From: Flectonema sp. DT1601
Lineage: Eukaryota
DNA: 64,000 bases
Reading direction: 5' to 3'
Assembly: GCA_964019425.1 (NCBI GenBank)
Contig: OZ025805.1
Coordinates: forward strand, 558,001 to 622,000
The translations under genes and the position numbers were made by a program. Within the stretch, counting starts at the first letter, position 1; each line of letters opens with the position of its first letter. The notes under the pieces were generated by a model that did not search any database, had not been told where the DNA came from, and saw only the letters and a list, made by a program, of their open reading frames with translations. Below are positions 57,393 to 64,000 of this stretch, in pieces.

Positions 57393-58601
57393 TTACGCCT
57401 TCTGAGCGAGTGCCTTCGCAATGGTAGTTAGCTGGATGTTACTGGTTCCTTCATAGATGGCTCCAATCTTAGCGTCACGGTAGAACTTTTCAGCTGGGTA
57501 GTCCTTAACAAATCCAACTCCTCCCATCCACTCAACTGCTTGGGAAGCAACTTGTCCAGCAACTTGACTTGCGTAGAGCTTTGCCATGGCTGCATCCTGA
57601 ACAAAGTCTTCTCCGTTCATCTTCTTACGTGCAGCATTGTAGACCAATAGCTTAGCTGCTTGGATGTTTGTTGCTGCCTGAGCTTGTTGATGTTGCATTC
57701 CCTGGAAGCTACCAATAGCAGATCCGAATTGCTTTCTCTCTTGACAGTAGTTGAATGAGACATCAAATGCTCCCTGAGCAAGACCCAACATCTGTGCTGC
57801 GATACCAATTCTTCCTTCGTTTAAAACTTCAATAGCAATCTTGTATCCCTTACCTACTTCACCAATAACAGCGCTCTCATGTACAACACAGTCCTCTAGG
57901 ATGACTTCACATGTTGATGATGAACGAATTCCGAGTTTATTTTCTTTCTTACCAACTCTAATACCAGGGTTGTCCTTTGTTACAACAAAACAAGTGATTC
58001 CTCTGTGACCCTTTGAGAAATCAACATTAGCCATAACCAGGAATAGCTCAGCCTCACCACTGTTTGTAATCCAAAGCTTGTTTCCAGTGATGACGTAGTC
58101 ATTTCCTTTCTTAACGGCGGAAGTCTTTAGCGCAAATGCATCTGAGCCAGATCCAGCTTCAGATAAGCAGAAAGAACCAACAGAGCGAGATGCAAGCATC
58201 GTGAGATACTTCTTCTTTTGTTCTTCTGTTCCCCATCTAAAGAAAGCATTGTTAACGAGAGTGTTCTGAACGTCTACCATGACAGAGACGGATGGGTCAA
58301 CCTTTGCGAGTTCTTCTATAGCAAGAATTGAACCAAAGAAGCCCATATCAGCGCCTCCATAGTCAGAAGAGGTCTCTATTCCCATTAATCCATTGTCGAA
58401 ACACTTTTGAATAAGATCTGGGCACATCTCTTGCTTCTCATCCATCTCCATGACTTTTGGTGCGATTTCTGACTTTGCGAACTTTGCAACCATATCCTGA
58501 AGGGCTACTTCTTCATCCGACAAAGTAGTCAGACTAGGAAGAGTGTATCCCCTCTTCTGGGTAGCACGTAAACCGACACGTCCAAGTGAACGGGTGAACA
58601 T
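57393..58601 (-). CDS. ACADSB: Short/branched-chain acyl-CoA dehydrogenase, mitochondrial
   Basis: Presequence; FCLSEAGSGSDAF, GNKLWITN, KLGIRSSSTC, LNEGRIGIAAQMLG, RDAKIGAIYEGTSNIQ. Confidence 0.92.
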   Translation of the reverse strand: MFTRSLGRVGLRATQKRGYTLPSLTTLSDEEVALQDMVAKFAKSEIAPKVMEMDEKQEMCPDLIQKCFDNGLMGIETSSDYGGADMGFFGSILAIEELAKVDPSVSVMVDVQNTLVNNAFFRWGTEEQKKKYLTMLASRSVGSFCLSEAGSGSDAFALKTSAVKKGNDYVITGNKLWITNSGEAELFLVMANVDFSKGHRGITCFVVTKDNPGIRVGKKENKLGIRSSSTCEVILEDCVVHESAVIGEVGKGYKIAIEVLNEGRIGIAAQMLGLAQGAFDVSFNYCQERKQFGSAIGSFQGMQHQQAQAATNIQAAKLLVYNAARKKMNGEDFVQDAAMAKLYASQVAGQVASQAVEWMGGVGFVKDYPAEKFYRDAKIGAIYEGTSNIQLTTIAKALAQKA

Positions 58602-61600
58602 ATTAGAAAACTTATTACTGTTGAATTAACATTACCTCATCTCTCAGAACGGAAACATCACAGGAAAGCAATCACCTTATTGTTTGGTATGAAATAGATA
58701 ATTTAAAAAAACAGCTATATTTTAACTAATAAATAACTCTGATAATGGACCACTAGTAAGAAATCACTCTGAGATGATGAAGATTAGAGGGAATGGGGAC
58801 TGCGTTGTTCGTTTGTTTGCTAACACGCTGGTTAGATCATATACCAATATTTACCTTTTTTTTTTATTTTTTTTTTTTTTTTTTTTAGTTAAAAAGAAAA
58901 CACCCCCCCCCCCAACCAGTCTTCACTACCCACCCAAAGTTCTTCCTTTTTTTAAAATTTTCTTTTTTTTTTTTTTTTTTTTTTAAAATAACACACTACG
59001 GGATACTACTCTTTGCCCAACCAAGTTACCATAACTTGCTTTTGAGATGGGAAAAAAAATAAAAATTCTTTCCCGTTTTTTTTTTTTTTTTTTTTTTCTT
59101 TTTCCCCCACTTCTTTTTCTTGCTTAGTTATTTAATTATTACTTCCTTATTATCTGTTTTAAATTTCTGTTCTTTATTCTTTTTTTCTTTTTGTTTACCT
59201 TCTTGTGCTGTTGACAGGACTTCTCGAGGGGAAGAAGAATGAGCAAATAATCTTACCAATAATTTCACCCTCTCTTTTTTTTTTATGGATTATTTCGGTG
59301 GGGGCGAAAAAAAAAAAAAGACACGCCCCCCCCCGCAGGCTATTCGCCGCTTGCTCACGGCACTATAGAGAAGCCCTGCGCAATCAGGGGGGGAAGACGG
59401 ATTGAAAAACAGCACTGGATGAGTTGGAGAGACTTTCTTTACAAGATTAACAACTGCATTATTTTAAAATGTAAAACAGAGATACACACTATTAAACGCC
59501 TTGTGTGCGCATTGCAGGGGGTGATAGCGCAGAGAGGGCAAGAACATACGTGAGAACGATACCAATGATGTGAACCAGAAAAACGGGAAACTATAAATAA
59601 AAGAAAGAATATCGAGGGGGGTTTGTTTTTAGTAATTTTTTATTGTTTTTGTTTTAAGTAGGGATGTATACTTATATTTTTTGTTTTTTTTTTTTACTTT
59701 TTTTTTTTGTTTTTTTTTTTTGTCATGGTTTTTTTTTGTTTTTGTTTTTTAGTTTTTTTTTATAATAAGATGAAGTTATTTTTTTTTGTGTTTTTTTTTT
59801 TTTGTTTTTTAGTTTTTTTTTGTTTTTTTTTTCCCCCTCGGGGGAAGGGGTCTGTAGGGAAGAGAAAGGGGTTGTTGCCAACCTCCTCTTGCGAAAACGA
59901 CAACTCGCAAATTTACCTTTTTATACCACTTGACGCTATTATGTTCTTTAAAAAAAAAATAACGAACCGACTCGTTGTTTGTAGTGCCTGCCAATCAAAA
60001 ACAAACAAATGTACCACCATGGTCTGTGTTTGAGGCAGGTTACAAAATAAAAGCCGGAAACTCGTTGAATTGTTTTTTTTTTTTTACATATGGTTAGGAT
60101 AAATGTACCACCATGGTATCCTTACAACATGTAATAGTAACTCGTTGAGTTTTGTTAAAAAAAACAAGTAAAATAAACCACTTCAGTCAATCCATCACAA
60201 AAACGGTAAAAAAAATGTACCACCATATATTACCAATATTTGAGTGTTGTTATGAAGACAGAGCCTTGCGTCACGGCTTCTCCGGGTTATTTTATTTTTT
60301 ATCTTTATTTTTTTATTTTTTTTATTGTTGTTGTCGTTATCAACGCCAGTGCTTAGCTACTTCTTTTCCTTAAACAGCAGGGAATGAAAAGAAAAAAAAA
60401 GAAGAAAAAAAAAAGGGCCTTGATTTACTATGAGAATAAGAAATAGGAGGGGAAGGGAGAAGTCATGATGGACACCTGTTCGTCAATGATGAGGACGTTG
60501 TGTCTGATACCGATTCTTTTCCATTCGTTTTTTTTTTTTTTTTTTTTTTTTTTTCTTTTTTATGTAAAAAAAGAGGGGATGGAAAAGAAAAAACCGTCAG
60601 CAACAGGTTGATGCTACGACAGGAGTTGAGGGAAGAGAAAAATAACTTTTTTAAAAAATTAAAATAAAAAGATATGGCTTATTAACACTAAAAGCTAAAG
60701 AGAAAAAAGTTAAAAAATGTGGAATGGAAAATAATGATAGTTTCTGTTCTTTAGTTTTAATCAAAAAAAATGATGTGTGTCCTAAGAGGGAGAAGAAGAA
60801 AAGGAAAAAATAATAATAAATGTGCGATCCTCTCCCACCCCCCTTACAAATGCACACACGCGTCACATACGTAGATTACTTCTGCTTAAAAAAAATCCTT
60901 CTATTTTTTTTATTCCGTTTTTTTTTTTTTTTTTTTTTTTTTAATTATTAATACCACAATACCATAGTAGCACTAAACCTCAGATGAAAAAAAAAAAAAA
61001 AAAAAAAAAAGGAAGGGAAGGGAACTAAGTTGCCTCTCCCTCCCTTATTCCTTCCTCGATTCCGTCTCAATTTAAAAACTTTATTCCCAATCTCCTATCA
61101 GTAGTAGTAGATACACCCTTTGGTGCAATGGAGATGGGAATTTTCTTCTTTTTTTTATTTCTTTTATTAAAGTTCTTTAAATTTTAAAAAAAAAAAAAAT
61201 CGAATAAGGCGGAAGAAGATCAGAAAATAAGGACCACCTCCGACCAAAAAAAAATTACCTCCTCGCTGAGATGCCCACCCGACCAGTGATTACGCGAAAA
61301 CCTGAATTAAGGCAGAAAATGCTATAAGATTTACAATAAAAAAAAAAGAAGAAAAAAATTAGTCTTAACAAACAAGGTAACCACACACAAGTAATCTTAA
61401 AAAAAATAAAAAACAATTCAAAAAAAAAGAAAAAAAAAATTATAATAAATAAACGGCTACGACTCCCCAACGTAAGTCCCTGTTATATATTCCTCACACA
61501 GAGTTTTTTTTTTTGAAAAAAATATGTTGCATCATTCACACCATCGTACTTTACAATATTAATACAAAAAAAAGAATAGCAGGAACAAAATAAAAATATA

Positions 61601-62771
61601 TATGAACCGCGTAATCACTAGTCGTTCTGTACACTTTTTTTTTTTTTTTTTTTTTAAAACTTGTCGTTTTTTTTTTTGTTTTTTTTTTTTAATAGGCTGT
61701 CGGAGCCATGCAGAAAAAAACACAGGGCTCGATTCACTCGGAAAAAAAATAAAAAAAGAGAAAAAGAAAAAAAAAATAGGGAACAGCACAGCTAGAAAAA
61801 ACTCGTACTAAACAAAAAAAAAAAAAAAAAAAAAACTAAGCTGACCAATACTTTTGGTACAACGTGCTGGTAAGTTCCTGATATTTATTTTTTTTTTTTT
61901 AATTACTATTTTTCCGAACACCCTCGTTGGCGGTTTTCTAACTCGATTTGCTTTTGCAATCGCTAGTCAGACACACGAGAGCGAAACGAAAGCTCGCTGA
62001 GGGTACAAAAAAAAAAAAAAAATGGAGAAAGGGGAAAATGAATATCACGGGAGTCACGCAAACCTCTTCGCACAATCGCAATGGACACAGAAGCCGACGA
62101 CAGCCAGACGGAACTCAGAGAGATTCAGGGGCGGTCTAACGGGAACAAACCGCCGACCAGCGTCCAACAAAACTCCCGGTCCGTTGCTTCGTTGCAACGT
62201 TGCTAAATCAACATGACAAAATGTAAACAGGAGAAGAAAAAAAATAATATAAGAAAAAAAAAAAAAAAAGAGAAAAATACAAGCCAAATAAGAATACCGT
62301 TGCTATTCTTTTCACTCCAATCGTGTAACTATGTCGATATATCACAACCTATGCAAATCTCTCAAGTTGACTAAAGCACATGTAGCGAAAAATACAATCA
62401 GTTGCTGACAAGCATTCCTCGCCTTGACAATGCTGATGCTATAAGAGAAAGGGGGTTGGTTTTTTTTTTTTTTTTTTTTTTTTTTGGTTTTTTTTTTTTA
62501 ATTTGCTTAGTCATCCTTGCCCCCCCTTTTTTTTTTTTTCTTTTCTTTATCTCTATGTTTCTGTTTACCATTTTTCTTTCATTTCATTTTTTTTTTTTTC
62601 ATTTCTTTATGACATGCCCCAATAACAGTTATCAAGGCGGAGCGCAAAAAAAAGGCGGGCAAGGTTCAACGAACAGAAACTAATTACCTTTACAAATAAT
62701 AATTAATATATAGCGGAGGCTGCTACAAGCTTATAAGGATTGCGTACCATATAAAACATGTCTTTTTGAGT

Positions 62772-64000
62772 TTAGACGATGTTTCCAACCTTGTATCCTC
62801 CTTCTTTCAGGGTACTTGTTGTAACGTGCTTAACGTAACCGAGAGACTGTGTTGGTGGTTGTTTATAATGAGCTGGTTTTTATGATTTTTTTTTGATGGG
62901 AAAAAAAAACATACCTTTCCGAGGGATCTGAGAGCCTTCTTAAGATCAGTCGCAAGCTCAGAGACGTATCCCTCTGAGTTTCTTAACCACAATTCCAAAC
63001 GACAATTGTCTTCCCACTTGACTTCAATCTTGACACCACAGATACGAGAACCGTATTTATTACTGAGAGACTCACCAGCACAAGACATCATTAGTGATGA
63101 CCATGATTCATCTACTTTATCAGTTTTGAATGCAACGTGAAGCTGACTTCCGTTCTTGTTTGCTTCATCATCCCAATCAGGAGCGATACCATCTCTAAAG
63201 AAGGCGTATGATGATTTCACAGCAAGGTTCGATGCCCTTGGAAGTAAGTCAGTAGTTCCCCAGAACTCCTCGATATCATTAACAACACAAAGCTTTCTTG
63301 CAGTAACCCACTCCTTCTCCTTTGGTGGTGGAGTGTACCAGAGTGCCCACTTGCTGTGCAGAGGATGGCGTCCCTGTTGTTTATTGTTTTTATTATTGTT
63401 GTTGTTGTTTCAACATCTAACCAAAACTATCAATTAATTTATTATTAGTAATGGTTGCATACGTTGGTTTCATCAGGCTTTTGTTCCTTCTCCTTTTCGC
63501 GTTCGGCCTTGGCACGCTGTTTTGTATTATTTGTTGTGAGTTGAGACATTAGAAGGAAAGTAAAGTAGTGAATGTGATGTATTTATATTTTTTCATACCA
63601 ATTCAGCTTCACGTTTCTCGGCTCTCTTGCGGGTTTCTTCCTCTTCCTGTGCTTTCTTTTCAGCCTCCTGTTCAAGACGCTCAGCTTCCTCCCGTTTGGT
63701 TCTCTCGTATGTTTCTTGGCAGACATCGACTTCGTTGTCTTCAATGTTAGCGTTAGCCTTGAAGACGGCGAGCATCTCTCTGTGGTTCATGTTCAACGTA
63801 TCGAATGCTGAGGCTACAATGTAGGAGGTGTCTTCAGGTGTAAATCTTAATACGAATGTTCCAGACGGAAATCCAGCTGCTTCCAAAAGTTTCTTCATCG
63901 AAACCTGTTCTGATTCTGGTGATTTCTTTAAAAGAGTGTAAACAGACTTTACGAGAACTGTTGGTTCAGCACAGTAAGCGATTGCCTTATCAATGTTTTC
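62772..64000 (-). CDS. eIF4E-family cap-binding protein with long N-terminal extension (5' end outside window)
   Basis: Exons >64000-63599, 63516-63463, 63373-62915 and 62846-62772. Motifs HPLHSKWALWY, DIEEFW, FFRDGIAPDWDD..NKNG, ICGV, RLELW. Confidence 0.88.

Noticed and set aside
63241..63253. GAAGTAAGTCAGT match to the dispersed repeat inside eIF4E
   Set aside because: Only 13 nt, within coding sequence, with no flanking similarity.

Overview
This is eukaryotic, AT-rich nuclear DNA, most likely from a euglenozoan protist (diplonemid-like). The evidence is a nucleus-encoded, kinetoplastid-style ATP synthase subunit c, a euglenozoan-like 28S fragment, and all 18 supportable protein genes lying on the minus strand with many short GT-AG introns. 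The genes are: a giant Cys-rich surface protein built on 78 x 90-bp repeats, a multi-TM/PH/AGC-like pseudokinase, an EF-hand protein, an ABCC transporter carrying a CAP-Gly-like insert, a WDR27-like protein, a RING E3 ligase, a PPR-like protein, a ~2300-aa Clu/TPR/IQ protein assembled from five ORF-track pieces, Trm3/TARBP1, ATP synthase c, a Ubl-ankyrin protein, a LYR protein, a secreted YbjN-like protein, three related ~80-aa Gly-rich proteins, ACADSB and an eIF4E-family protein. The most unusual non-coding features are: (i) a 1.18-kb element with terminal inverted repeats, sitting in poly(T), that carries a GC hairpin, a deleted 28S rRNA piece starting at the R2/I-PpoI target site, and a tRNA-like Pol III unit; (ii) a second 28S micro-fragment; and (iii) a dispersed repeat, one copy of which contains all hammerhead core elements in a non-canonical strand order. 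All gene models and family calls are manual readings; no database searches were run.
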